NCBI RefSeq assembly: GCF_006345805.1
Contig: NC_042998.1
Coordinates: 118,792,001-118,856,000 of the forward strand
From: Octopus sinensis
Taxonomy: Eukaryota
Direction: 5' to 3'
DNA length: 64,000 bases
In this document: positions 27,191 through 40,633 of the stretch, in pieces
Numbering within the stretch: position 1 is the stretch's first letter
Layout of the letters: each line of letters starts with the position of its first letter
Program-made: the position numbers and the translations under genes
The notes under the pieces: model-generated
Databases searched by the model: none
What the model was told of the DNA's origin: nothing
Seen by the model: the letters and a program-made list of their open reading frames with translations, nothing else

Positions 27191-28127
27191 GTAGAGAGAG
27201 AAAGTAAAGAGGAAGGGAGAGAAAAGTGAGACAGATAGAGATACACAGAGAGAGGGAGAGAGAAAAGAGAGAAGGGGGAGAGAAAGAACAACAGTCAATA
27301 TCAGCATTTTACTGGTACATTATTGATCTTGAAATGAAAAAAGATAAATTTAACATCCACTGAATTTGAACTCAAAGTGTAACCAGAAGATATAACCAGA
27401 AGATATATTGTCCTTGATTATACCCGAAGTTACATTTGCTGGTTGCGCATTAATTAGCGTATAGCATGTGTTGCGTGCACGTGCGAATAAATTGCGGTTT
27501 GAATTGTTCGTGGAAATTAAGTCTTGTGCTCTATGTATTGAGTTTATTTACACAATGAGACGCGATTTGTTTTATTAAGCAAACGTCTAGGAACTTATTC
27601 ACCAATTAAACACGCACAAACTATTCCAGAGTTCTAATTACACACCCCACTCATATACGCACAAACATTCCTCCTCTCTCTATTTTACACACCCACACAC
27701 ACATATATATACATATGTACACACACATACATATATATAATTATGAGTACGTTGGTTTATGTCAGCTGAATTAGTGTCACGAAACAAACTACTGGTTATA
27801 TGCGCGTGTAACTCATGTAGTACATGTATTAACAGGATATATTTACCCTTTTCTCTGTAGACTGGGAAAATAACAGCTAGCCTTAGTCGATTTTTGAACC
27901 TCGTTGGGTTCTTGTCAATAGGGAGTACTTCACTTTAACTACTATCAGTGAAATAAGCATCCAACAAATCCAAATCCGGCAGCTACAAAGAACTGGGTCT
28001 ACTAATTTGCATACCGTGTTTAACACTTTAATATCAGCGGCTTATCAAGGGGGTTCTCAGTACTTATAATATGGCTTATATGTAAAGAAACCATAAATGG
28101 TACTTTTGTTCGGTATAATTTAAATAT

Positions 28128-28342
28128 TCTTTTCTGCTCTAGGTGCAAGATCCGAAATTTTGGGGGAGAGGACCAGTCGATTAGATCGACCCCAGTACAC
28201 AACTGGTACTTAATTTATCGACCGCGAAAATATGGAAGGGAAAGTCGACCTCGGCGGAATTTGAACTCGGAAAGTAAAGACAGACGAAACACCGCTTAGC
28301 ATTTCGCTTGGCGTGCTAACGTTTCTACCAACTCGTCACTTG
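28128..28342 (-). mobile_element. SINE family B
   Basis: Homology to the other family B copies. Confidence 0.85.
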
Positions 28343-29216
28343 GTAATAATTCAAATATTAAATCACATATTAAAGCCTACTTTCGATTCAGCACATGTTA
28401 AATATCATGTTACTGTACTTTTAAGAGGGCATACTTCTTGTTCATAGTTCGCGTGTTTATCAAGAGATATTTGAATATTTTTAACAAATACGAAATTTTT
28501 ATCGATTGACTTTACTTTATCCACCGACCCAAAAATGAATTTGTCTGATGACAACTATCCACCTTTTAATCTATTCCACATATGCCATTTGTTTTCACAT
28601 CAACACGTCATTAAATAAACCTAATTATGTTTTCTTCATTTAACTGTACAAAAAGCAATTTAATCGCGTAAATTTGTAGAAAGTAACTCTTCCCGCTCAC
28701 GTTATATTTAAAGTCACACGTCAACTTAAAGTCAGTCAAGCTAAACATCAGCAGTATCGATCATGGGAATTGCCTTTCATTTGACTAAACCATAAAAAAT
28801 GTGAGCATACATAGCTTCAGTGAAAATAAAAGTGTTTGTCAGTCTCGGATCACTGAATAGAGACGCTGATTAGATGGAATGAAATATTACAGTTGATTAA
28901 AAGAAACAAACATCTAAAGGCAAGCATGCGTATTAGAAACATTACATGTAAACTTCAAGGCAATACAGAAGTGAGTGAACTTTTTTTCTAGTTTCAAAAA
29001 TACACACTGGTACGAAACATAAACTCAAATATGTCAGGATATAGGCGTTCAGCTTCCATCGGTAATATTGTTTGTGTTCGACGTAATTTTGTTTATTCAA
29101 GCTTACACGTATGTGCTGTGATTTTGCAGTATTTTTATCTTGGTCACATAGTGCGAATGTGTACCGCGTAATATTTAAAATAGTTCTAACAGTTGCGAAG
29201 TTTTGACAAGTTCAGT

Positions 29217-29300
29217 TAACACACCAGCATCGGTTGTCAAGCGATGTTGGGAGGACAAACACAGACACACTAACATACACACACGCACACACACACACAC

Positions 29301-29374
<74 letters not shown>

Positions 29375-29558
29375 TATATATACATATACATATATACAAA
29401 GGGCTTCTTTCAGTTTCCGTCTACCAAATCCACTCACAAGGCTTTGGTTGACCCGAGGCTATAGTAGGAGACACTCGCCCAAGGTGCCACGCAGTGGGAC
29501 TGAACCCGGAACCATGTGGTTCGTAAACAAGCTGCTTACCACACAGCCACTCCTACGC
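29217..29558 (-). mobile_element. SINE family A, 3'-truncated
   Basis: Reverse complement of the family A head and body. Confidence 0.9.
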
Positions 29559-29751
29559 TTTGTTTGTTTTGCGTTTCAAAATCGCCCACGCATAAGATCT
29601 ACCATTTATTGATGGGATCCTGACAAGTGTGTACAACTTTGAAAATTAACATACATAAGTAGAACATAGATTATTTATTGCAATAATTCCATATAAGTTC
29701 CTGCCATTCAAACGATTGGATAACCTATTAAATACACGATAACCCACAGAT

Positions 29752-29918
29752 ATAGGCGTAGGAGTGGCTGTGTGGTAAGTAGCTTGCTTACCAACCACAT
29801 GGTTCCGGGTTCAGTCCCACTGCATGTCACCTTGGGCAAGTGTCTTCTACTATAGCTTCGAGCCGACCAAAGCCTTGTGAGTGGATTTAGTAGACGGAAA
29901 CTGAAAGAAGCCGTTGTA

Positions 29919-29975
<57 letters not shown>

Positions 29976-30212
29976 TATATATATATGTATGTATGTATGT
30001 GTGTATATGTTTGTGTGTCTGTGTTTGTCACCCCAACATTGCTTGACAACCGATGCCAGTGTGTTTACTTCCCCGTAAAATAGCGGTTCGGCAAAAGGTA
30101 CCGATAGAATGAGTACTAGACTTATAAAGAATAAATCCTAGGGTCGATTTTCTCGACTAAACACGGTGCTCCAGCATGGCCACAATCAAATTACTGAAAC
30201 AAGTAAAAGAGT
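29752..30212 (+). mobile_element. SINE family A, full copy
   Basis: GGCGTAGGAGTGGCTGTGTGGTAAG head, B-box, internal (TA)n, tail ending GAAACAAGTAAAAGAG. Confidence 0.92.
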
Positions 30213-30489
30213 AATATAATTTAATATATTTGGTTTATCAATCTTTCAACACTTAGAGATTGAGGTCGTCTTCATTTTTCCTATTATTTCTTCACGATGC
30301 ATTTATATAGTGTTAAAAATACATGAGGAAATAGTTCAAACAAAGCAGTAATCGCTATTTAAGATCAGGGAAACTGATCTTAAATAGAATATATGTGTAT
30401 GTGTGTGTTTATTAAGGAGTGGATATGAGTAGCTGTATATTATGGTGACACAGAATTTCGTTATTATTATTTTCAGTCGTGTTTGTTTG

Positions 30490-30812
30490 TTTATTTGCCG
30501 TGGAAAAGATATCTCAAGAAACGATGGATTCGGATGAATCTTTCGGAAATGTTTTGCCTTGAGACTGGTACGAACTCAGTATATTTTGAGATCGATCCGG
30601 TACCGGATTAGGATTCTGGATTATTTTTTCTGTCATTTTAATTAATTTTTGAGAGCGGTCGGGTTCATTTTTAGTACTCTCGTTTGTGAGAATGGTCGAG
30701 TTTATTTCAGATATTCTCATTTTGAAAATCAGCTCTGGCTAATCGTTGAGAGTACGTTGCTATTGCCTTGGAGGAAGTTTGCGCTCTCTGACTGCTTTTG
30801 TTTGTAGTTTTA
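30490..30812. mobile_element. Possible non-autonomous Helitron/Helentron (HINE-like) fragment
   Basis: The end GCCTTGGAGGAAGTTTGCGCTCTCTGACTGCTT and body GATCCGGTACCGGATT resemble HINE-type elements, from recall only. Confidence 0.4.
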
Positions 30813-30887
30813 TTGATACATAAATAAAAAAAAATCTGTTCCTTCCGCAGCTTAATCCGTTTCTGCGATCTGATGAATAATTTGGAG

Positions 30888-31160
30888 CAGACGTTGTTGT
30901 GTGGTGAGAAACTTATTTCCCAACGATATGGATCTGGGTTCAGTTTCTTTGCGTGGTACTTTAGGCAAGTGTCTTTTCCTATAGCCTCAGGCCGACGAAG
31001 GGCTTGAGAGTGGATCTAGTAGACGGAAGCTGAAAGAAGCCCGTTGTATATATATATATGTGTGTGTGTGTGTATGTGTGCGCGTGTGTGCGTGTGTTTG
31101 TCTGTCTGTGTCTATCTATTTGTCTATCTGTGTGTGTGTGTGTGTGTATCTGTAGAATAT
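30888..31160 (+). mobile_element. SINE family A, head and microsatellite
   Basis: Homology to the other copies. Confidence 0.8.
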
Positions 31161-32089
31161 AAGCGAGGAATACTGAATGTTGAGAGGTAAGACCAGTTTA
31201 TAGGTGGTTCATGGTCATTGCAACTGCATCTATTTATCCAAATTTCGTAATCATGACCACCAAACTCAAACAATATGTATGTATGCAGATAAGTAGACAT
31301 GTAGGTAGGTAGGTAGGTAGGTAGGTAGGTAGGTAGGTAGGAAGCTAGCTAGCTAGGTAGTCAGGTATGTATGAGTGCGCTTGTGTCAGTACATAAACGT
31401 GTGTATGTATATAGATAGACACATACACACAAACACAAACATATACATGTGTATGTGCTTGATATGGTCTGTTGTGCAGTACCTCACTATGATTCTAGTG
31501 ATCTATAAGCACTTAGAGGGGAAATCACTCTAAGTATAAAGTTACCTAATAAATGATTGGTTCATTCAATAACAATAAACAATAAAATATTGAAGTTCAA
31601 TCGTCACTGTCTTAGATACGTGAAACAAACCAAACATAGTGACAAATAGCAGAGGCCTTAACGGGAGAAGGTAAAAGACCCTTTATGAACCTGGAGAATT
31701 TCTTTCATGAGCTTGTACTATCATCCTGTATATTAACTAATTTTCTAATCTTCCGGTTCGGTTTTGTCCCCCACTCTCCTTCTTCTATATTTGTTTACTT
31801 GCTTCTGCAACCATCAGCACCCACTTTTATCCAGACACATATAACTTTCGTTCTTCTTAAACATTCTTCATTAATACATCATGTACATTTAAGAGTAACA
31901 TCACACGCAAAGCACACACTGGCTCCATGAACAGACACATCAAGAGCACTCTCCTATAGAAATATGCTAATTTTGTCTATTTAAATTAACAAGAAACGAA
32001 AGGCTTACACGCACCAAGAAATTATTATCGCACCATATCTCTTAATCAGAAGCGTTATAAGCTGGAGCCTACAACCGCCCCTATTCTAG

Positions 32090-32260
32090 GTTGTCACTAT
32101 CACCGAATATCTCACCTGGCGAAATTACAGCCTTGGCATAGTTAAGTCTGCGTACCAGAGACAGGGATTTTTTTCTTATTAAAGACCAGAAGATACCTCT
32201 GCTGTAACAACTCTTGATACTCTACGAAGCTAAAATGAAGTCAACAATGACCTATTGCTT
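32090..32260 (+). mobile_element. Possible Penelope-like RT N-terminal remnant
   Basis: PNISPGEITALA*L...DTSAVTTLDT.YEAKM resembles the NLT.EE..AL..L...DKG..TVVLDT..Y..KM motif. Very degenerate. Confidence 0.3.
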
Positions 32261-34054
32261 TCTCATTCAGAATGGTGGCGATGCTATTTCAGTTACTGAA
32301 GTCCTAAACTGCATCTAGATAAACGACAGATTACAGGCAAGCTCCAATCTATGGCCCATCATTGTTTTGTCCACTCTCTCTAATTTTTCTTTTGTCACAA
32401 TAATGGCCTTTAGTTTTCAGAACTGAGGCCATTATTGTAGCAGTGGAACAGAGAGAGAAGCACTTCGAACGGATGAGGACATCTCAATGCATAACAGACA
32501 TAAATCAGTCAGCCGCTGCAGAACAACGTTGCTAAGCTGGTTGCTAGTTCTCGTATAATCCTGATTTAAGACATAGAGTGGTGATCGGAAATCAAACAGA
32601 TCGAAACGTAGCATAACAAAATAGAACTTTAAAATCGGAGTATATAAGGTCATTTAAATTCCCCAAGATATATTTCCACGACTCTTTGAAACAATACCAG
32701 TATTCAAAATTAATTTATGTAATTAATTGTATCTAACATGTCTTTGCTATTTCCGATGTAACTGTTCCATCGTCCATCTAATCAACAAGTAGAAATAATA
32801 CATATGATTCTTCTGTATGACAGCTAAAAATATTTTCCTTAGTATATTTGTTTGTCACTGATTATTGTATGATTGTATGATTAAGTGTTATATAACAATC
32901 AAAAGCTTTCAGTGATAATAACTTAGTGAGCTTGTTTACTTTTTATTAATTAGTCGATGGGGAGGTAGCGCGTTAGTAGAATAGTTGACGTGTAGGAGAA
33001 CATACTGAACAGCATTTTTCCGACACTCTGCTGAGGTCAACATTACCTTTCATCAATTCAGGATCGATGAAATACAAAAAAAAAAACAGACGAATACTCA
33101 AATTCGCAGTATTTATACTGCGAAAATTTTAGTATTCATAGGGGAATATGTGGATGAGATACAATGAAGATGAAGAAAAATAGATGTGATATGGAACTTG
33201 AGATTTTGGAGGTAGAGAGACGGCTACAAATAGCAACAGAAGTGCATATTAGGCACAGCTATTATAATGTGTTGAAAAAATTAGTATTTATTGTAAGGTA
33301 AAGGGGTGGAATCATACGTCTCTAAATTGTTTATGTTATGTTTGTAGTTACAGTACTAAACGAGACACTTCATCTCCTACAACTTATTCATGATCTAGAA
33401 ACTTATCTTTAAGTTTACATTCAGTGATGTACTTGATATTTTTATATTCATAAGCAATTTTCAAGATGCTCTTACATATTATCTAAAAAGTTGTTTTTAT
33501 TCAATAATGTGTTACACTCTATGTGCGGTGTTTGCTAATATTGAATTTCCTATTCATTGAATAAATATTTCAAATATGGAAAAAAATAGCGATTTTGAAC
33601 GATTAAATTGAATAAGATGTTCGACGACATAGGTGGAACGAAGAACTAACATACGTATTCTCTGAAAAGCTGAATTTAGTTCCCCTGAAACAAAAATGAG
33701 TTCTATATAATAGGTCCCATATTGCAGTTAATTTAAATATCAACTAATGACCTAAATAATTATTTTCCTTTTCATACCAATTAGTTAAATATGCTAATTA
33801 TCGGCACATGGGAAACGAATATTCATAATAACTTAATACAAACAATTGAGAATTGTGAAAAATATCCACAAATGAAGGAAATGATAAAACGAATGTAACC
33901 AATGGGGGAAAAAACCTATCAATTTTCAGTAAAGTTACTTTAGATAAATATGATACCAAACTCCAGTGAGTTATTACAGTTCATATATTGCCTTCTCAAT
34001 TATCTAGATCGTCCTTTATATAGAGAGGTAGAAAATAATGAGATAAAATGTTAC

Positions 34055-34300
34055 ACACATACATACATACAGACATACATACATCATACATACACACATA
34101 CATACATACATACATATACATACATATACATACATGCATGCATACAGACATACATAAATGCATACATGCATACATATATGCATACATACATACATGCATG
34201 CATACATACATACATACATACATACATACATACACACATACATACATACATACATACATCATACATACATATGCACACACAAAGATAAACATACATACAC
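34055..34300 (+). repeat. (CATA)n microsatellite
   Basis: Direct reading. Confidence 0.95.
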
Positions 34301-35845
34301 AATGTTAGAAAATACATAGCTGAATCCATAAAATATTCGACTCAGCTGTCAATGTGGATACGAACAATTTAAACAATATTCAGCAAGCAGGTTTAAAGAT
34401 ATTAATTAAAATTATTGGTAAGAATGTGTTTATGCTTACAATACTTACTTTCGTCTCACATCTTCTGATCGTCGCTAATATACACTCACATATTCGTGAT
34501 GAAACGACATTTACTTCCATTGTAAACAATGGTGTTAACTTGAAGTTTACACAACATCATTTCCATTTTGAGAATAAAATGATTTTAGTCAAAGAAAGAC
34601 GCGTCTCAAGATAACAAGCTAATTTTTCCTTGGGAAAAAATATCAACATTATTTCAAAATATAAACACTCTTTGAAAGAACGAGTTTTGAAAAAAAGAAA
34701 GATACATAACATTAAACAAATAAAAATGAATGATTTCAGAAGACAAGGCCATCGACCTTTTAAGCTAGAACGGATATAAACAGAGATGTCTGAAAGATAG
34801 CAAAATTATTTTCAACAGAAGAAAGAACAGAAGAGTTAAATGTCGAGAAAGGACAGAAAATAAAACAGAGGATGCAACATCAGGACATTGTTAGAAGCGA
34901 CAAAGCCGACATAATAAAACGGTTGCCGGACATGACGATCGAAAGCAAACAGTATATCATTATTGTTCTAATGATAATTATAAGTTTAGCTTGTGTCTGA
35001 TTTAGAACATAACAGCGCTGATTTATATAGCATATGTGTAAGTGTCGTGAGCAGCGTAACTAACTTCATCCGTTGAAAATGCGGACAGTATTTCCTTTTC
35101 TTTCTTTTCTTTTCTTTTCTTTTTTTTTCTAAAGGTAATCGGATTGAATGAAGTGAATCGAGAGCGAATGATTTTAATATTCAGATAAAAGACAAGAAAA
35201 ATAATGTATGGTGATCGATAAAGACGCTGCAGATAGCTAAAGATGAAAAACAATTTTAGAATAACACCAGCTATGATATTGAACATATTGGCAATTATTA
35301 CGATAATAATCATGAACTTGATAATAAAGATGACTCTTGTAATAGAAAATAGAAGAAAAGAAAGATAGGACAGTGGAAGAATATGAAAGAGAAAAAGAAT
35401 GATCATAAAAATGTGATATGGATAAAAATGTGTATGGTTACAATAATAGAAAAGATTACAAGAAAAATGCTGATGATGTAAAAAGTTGTACAATACATAA
35501 CACACGTAAAGAGCAGGGAGATAACAATATCTATGGTGTCCGAGATAGAAATGAAAGAGAGTTTTGAAAGTTTATAACAATTACGTTAGTATTTATTAAG
35601 ATTTCTAGCGTAGACTTTTCCACAATGATGTTGATGCTGCTGCTGATGATGATGATAATGATGATGATGATGTTGTTAAAACTCTTTGGCAACACCAGCA
35701 ATTTTAGAAGGAGGGAAAGTTGATTTCACCGGTTCCTGTTCTTGATTAGTACTTCATTTTATCGACACCAAAAGGTTGAAAGTCAACATTGGCCTCGATG
35801 AGATTTCAGCTCAGAACTTGAAGAGCCGAAGCAAAGCCGCTATGC

Positions 35846-35876
<31 letters not shown>

Positions 35877-35879
<3 letters not shown>

Positions 35880-36719
35880 TAGTTTTATCTTTTTAGCGTC
35901 CTTTCACTTCACTACCGAGCGCAGCTCTGTGTGCCTTGGGTATGTGCTGTGATTTGTTGTGATGCTCTGATGGTTATTGTATGGAAAGTGTTCTGCGTAG
36001 GATGTGTGCAGTGCCTAGTAGTGCAATTTTCTGTATGTTATATGTGTTTGTAAGTCCTGGTGTTTTTGTTATGTATTTGTCTGAATATTTTTTTATCATG
36101 CCTAATGCACCTACTATGATAGGAATTGTTTCTGTTTTCAGGTTCCACATTCTAGTTACCTCTATTTCCAGGTCTTTGTATTTTGAGAGTTTCTCCATTT
36201 CTTTTAGAGACACGTTGTCATCTGCCGGTATTGATACATCAATTAGAAAGCATTTTTTTCCCTTCATGATCTCTGACAACTATATCTGGTCTGTTGGCCT
36301 TAATTTCTCTATCTGTGTGTATTGGCATATCCCAGAGTATGGTTGCTTTCTCGTTTTCTGTGACCTTTTCTGGTGTGTGCCTATACCATCTTTTTTCTGT
36401 TGTTATTCCCTAATGTTGGCATAGCTTCCAATGTATGTAGGTTCCAACTCTGTCATGTCTGTGAATATATTCCTTCTTAGCCAGGACTGGGCAGCTAGAG
36501 ATAATATGATTTATTGTTTCTTGTCCATCTCCACATATTCTGCAGTTACTTGTAATATTTCTTTTCATTACATGTTTTTGGTAATTTCTGGTGGGGAGGC
36601 TTTGGTCTTGTGCTGCAATTAAAAATCCCTCTGTTTCTGCTTTGAGTCCTGAGCTTCTCAACCATTGCTGGGATTTTTCTTTGTCTATTTCTTTTGCGTT
36701 TAGTTTAGTGCAGTATTTA
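35877..36719 (-). mobile_element. R4/Dong element (younger family), 5'-truncated, (TAA)n on both sides
   Basis: CRICGDGQETINHIISSC knuckle and RPDIVV...FLIDVSIP...KLSKY RLE in essentially one frame with a single stop. 3' UTR matches 1924-2023. Confidence 0.93.
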
Positions 36720-36745
36720 TTATTATTATTATTATCATTATTATA

Positions 36746-36835
<90 letters not shown>

Positions 36836-36846
36836 TATATTAATAT

Positions 36847-36979
36847 TCTGAGTTCAAATTCCGCCGAGGTCGACTTTGCCTTTCATCGTTTCGAGGTCGA
36901 TAAATGAAGTACCAGTGAAACACTGGGTCGACTAGCCCACTCCTCCAAACTTTCAGGCCTTGTGTCTTTAGTAGAAAGG

Positions 36980-36980
<1 letters not shown>
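36847..36980 (+). mobile_element. SINE family B, 3' fragment
   Basis: CTGAGTTCAAATTCCGCCGAGGTCGACTTTGCCTTTCATC... Confidence 0.85.
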
Positions 36981-37014
<34 letters not shown>

Positions 37015-37043
37015 CATCATTATTATTATTATCATCATCATCA

Positions 37044-37104
<61 letters not shown>

Positions 37105-37699
37105 GGCCGTCACCCGAGGAAGCTACGCTTGTCCTCGGCACCGTATTTTGTTTTCGAAAATCATCAGTTTTCTCCGGAAAATAGCGGTGCTTTCTTTTCA
37201 TTTTCAACCAGGGTGGAGAATAAGGGATCCTTGTTCTGCTGGTGAGTTCTTTTTTTTTTAAAGTCTCCCTATTTGGAGGTGACGACTTATCAAATTTATT
37301 CCATTTTATATTCCACGTGGAAACATTTAGAATTTTTCTCAATGGCAGCAACAAATAGTTTCGAGGGAGTTTCATTTGTCAATGAGAGAGGAAGAGAGAC
37401 AAAGAAATGTCTTGCTGCAAGAATGAGAGGGGGTAACAGTTCTTTTCCTGTTGGCGTGACTACTAGACAAGCAAGCAGGCAAGAGGACCATCCCAATCAC
37501 AAACAACAACTCCTCCGACTCCGCCACCACTACCACTACGAACAACAAAAACAAAGACAACTGTAGAAGCAACAGCAGGAACAGTATCAGAAACAGCAGC
37601 AGCAACAGAGGCAGCAGCAACAGCAGCAGCAACAGCAGCAGCAATAACAGCAGTAAAACTTTGACGGAAGAGACAAATAAGCTGTACAGCTACGATATA

Positions 37700-38430
37700 A
37701 AGGATTTTCCCCCCTCCCTCGTTAGCAAGTAGCTTGGCTACTTCGGCCAACGATATGAACATCACTACAAACAATAGCGTCGAAACAACGATAGGAACAA
37801 CTTCAGCAGCAAAAGCGATATGATCACCACCAACAATAGCAGTAACAATAATAGCAACTCCTTTGCATGAGTAACAAAATTGCAGGAGCAAATCTCCCTG
37901 GGAGGAAAACGTACATATCTGAGTGAAGCAGAAAAACTCAATAGAGGAGATAGAAAAACCAAGCTTGCTATCCCTTTAGATTTGATGGAGAAGATGATCA
38001 AAAGGACCATCGTATGCAGTTGTGTGTCGCTAACGACGAGAAAAATCTTCAATGTGCCACAAATCCGAGTAGAAAAATGCTTGAAGGGCATTTGGACTGA
38101 TATTGATTTCCTCATATGAGGGAGACCATATGGTTCTGTGGAAGTGAGATTCTTCAAATAGATACTGGCCCCAAAACACTCAATGATCCAGTTCAAACAC
38201 GTGGATCTTCTTCCCACAAACCTTGGACGGCGGGTGGTGAAAGTTAGAATATCAGATGTGCCACCAGAATTAGACATTTGTTGGTTGGTTGCGTGCGTTG
38301 TGGTCTAAAGTTCGGATTCGCTTCTGGAAATTAAAAATTATCAGGAGAACTGGTCCAGAATCGGATTGAAAATTTTGATCCCGGAGAAACCGAAATCCGT
38401 TAACAAGGTCCCCGACCTTATCGAGCTGCA
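37700..38430 (+). mobile_element. Possible non-LTR ORF1-like remnant
   Basis: A plus frame with stops reads VDLLPTNLGRRVVKVRISDVPPELDICWLVACVV, resembling the RRM-like part of L1/Tx1-type ORF1 proteins. Preceded by CAG/CAA repeats. Confidence 0.35.
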
Positions 38431-38469
38431 CTTTCCCAATTCTTCATTTGTTCTCTTTCGTGATATTCT

Positions 38470-39640
38470 CTCTTTCTCCTTCTATTTCTCCGTGTTGCAG
38501 TACTCCAAAGTATTTGTATCCCTCATTATTCCATAAAGATTGAATGATGTAATTTTATGCCATCAGACTTTATCTTCCGGTCTCTTTTCATACCTAGTAT
38601 TGCACACGTATCTACTCCAAACTTCATTCCAATATCTTTACTGAATATTTTAACTGTTTGGTTTAGAGAATCCATGTCTTTTTCATTTTTTACATATATC
38701 TTGAGGTCATCCATTTAAAGTAGGTGATTTATTATTGTCTTGGTTTTGGTAAACTCATAGGCAGGGCCGAGTTTCTTCATATATTTGTCAGAGTGATTAG
38801 GGCACTGAAGAAGCGTAAAGGGGGGAGCGAGTCACCTTGAAAACTACCCCTACATGTTTTCCTCTTACCTAGCGATTCATTTGTACATGCTGGTTTTACT
38901 TCCTATTTTCTCATTTCTTTGTCCAAAAAACTGCTTATTGACTCCAAGTATTCTCAGACATTCGAAGAGCCAGTTATGTGGAACACTGTCGTTGCTTTCC
39001 TGTAATCTATCCATCCAACATATAAATTCTTCCTTCTTACTCGTCCCTCATTTAATATTCTGCTTTCTTTATATAGCAAATCAGTAATTCCTCTTGATTT
39101 CTCCCTGCATCATCTTTGCTTTTCTGGCGATAGGTTCTCCTTTTCCAGAAAATAACACACTTCAACTGCAATCAGGCTAGTTAAATTTTCGGTGTAATGG
39201 TAAGCAAGTATTAGTTTTATAATTGCTGACTTCCTTTCTCTATTCTTTGCCCTTGTTTATCAGAACTCTCCTTCCTTTTGTTATCCATGTTGGTGTTTCA
39301 TTTTCTCTGCAGTCAGTAGAAAACGGTCTTATATAGCTGCGTATACTTGGGAGATTTTTGAGCCAGGAACACAGGACACCATCTGGTCCGAGGAGCTATC
39401 CAGTTTAGTATTTTCTTAATCATCTCTTTTACTTTCATATCCGGGATTGTTATATTCTCTTCTGTTGTTCCATCTTCCATTTCTTTTTAAAATCCCCGTA
39501 ACTATATATTATGTTGAACTTCTTTGCTCCAGATTCTAGCCCTGAACATTTTTTGCGCCTTCAGTATTTAACATTTCTTTGATTTTTTTGTTTCATTTTT
39601 CAGTTGTTTATAGAATGTTCTTGTTATACGAGGAGGGTGT
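38470..39640 (-). mobile_element. Degenerate R4/Dong-clade RT fragment (older family)
   Basis: MDDLKIYVKNEKDMDSLNQTVKIFSKDIGMKFGVDTCAIL, plus GSFQGDSL-like and YKYFG motifs. Confidence 0.8.
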
Positions 39641-40436
39641 TTTCTTCTAAGTCGGTTACCCTGCAGGATGAAAAAAACTCGTAGCTTGTTCATCAGTAGT
39701 GATCACATACCTAGCCATTCATGCACCGGATACTGGGGACATTGTTTGCCTCAGCATGGTTGGCGTCTCTTTTACAAGATGATTTTATTAATGCGCAGTT
39801 TGCTGGGAGCATATTAGCAAATTTATTATCGGAAGGATTATAAGTATCAATTGTCACATCCCTCATAGACAGACTATTAGTGAAGGTGATGTCAGATGTC
39901 TGCAGTATCTAACAAATTAATTTCCATTCAAGTTGATTTTCGAGAAAAGGATAAAGAAACAACCATTAGAGGGGTCGGACATTCTCTTGAAAAAGAAAGG
40001 ACTTGATACATTTCGAAGACGATGGTGAACGACCTCTTGTCTTCTCTTTTCTCCCGCAGGCATTGCTAAATACAAGATGGGGGTATATTAAAGTACATAA
40101 CTTAGTTTAGCTTAGAAACGATGTTGAATGCTAAGCATAGATGTGCCAACAATTTGCGAGACCAGATCATCCGCAGGGCACTCATTTGATTTTCGATGAT
40201 TTGTGATATGCAGGGTCTGCGGACTAAATTTGATAGTTTTGCATAAAAGGCATTGATGTTGCAAGTAGAGTGGTTGGTGTCTGTCAACTGTACCCACACA
40301 TAGTTATTTACGGAATAACAATTGAGGAAATTAGGATGATAGTAATGAGGCGTAGCGAGGTCGTAGAAACTTTTCGACAACCACCTCTGACTATTTCCGG
40401 AAGTATAGCAAGAAGGCAAACAATCATCACACAGAC

Positions 40437-40610
40437 GGCCTTCCACCAGCAACCGCCTCCAGTGAGGTTTCGACCATAGTCCACAATAAAGGTGACGTTA
40501 TGGTGCCCTGCACTCTTAAATAGCACCCTTTGGCTCCACTGCGACATCTATGGGAATCTAGTAGGGACTGTGGTCGAAACCTGGCTGGAGGCAGTTGTTG
40601 GCGGAAGGCC
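40437..40610. mobile_element. MITE-like element, about 46-bp inverted ends
   Basis: GGCCTTCCACCAGCAACCGCCTCCAGTGAGGTTTCGACCATAGTCC against the reverse complement of 40564-40610. Confidence 0.7.
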
Positions 40611-40633
40611 ATATATATATATATATATATATA

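Larger units (their letters stand above)
24932..27618. repeat. Inverted repeat pair, about 190-bp arms (24932-25120 and 27430-27618)
   Basis: GTGCGTGTTTAATTGGTGAATAAGTTCCTAGACGTTTGCTTAATAAAACAAATCGCGTCTC... occurs reverse-complemented at 27.6 kb. Confidence 0.9.

Noticed and set aside
29752-29830. tRNA gene
   Set aside because: A- and B-box-like head belongs to a multi-copy SINE; no cloverleaf or acceptor stem.
36410-36835. 141-aa ORF starting with poly-M/I/N
   Set aside because: Microsatellite read-through into a 5'-truncated Dong fragment, not a real start.
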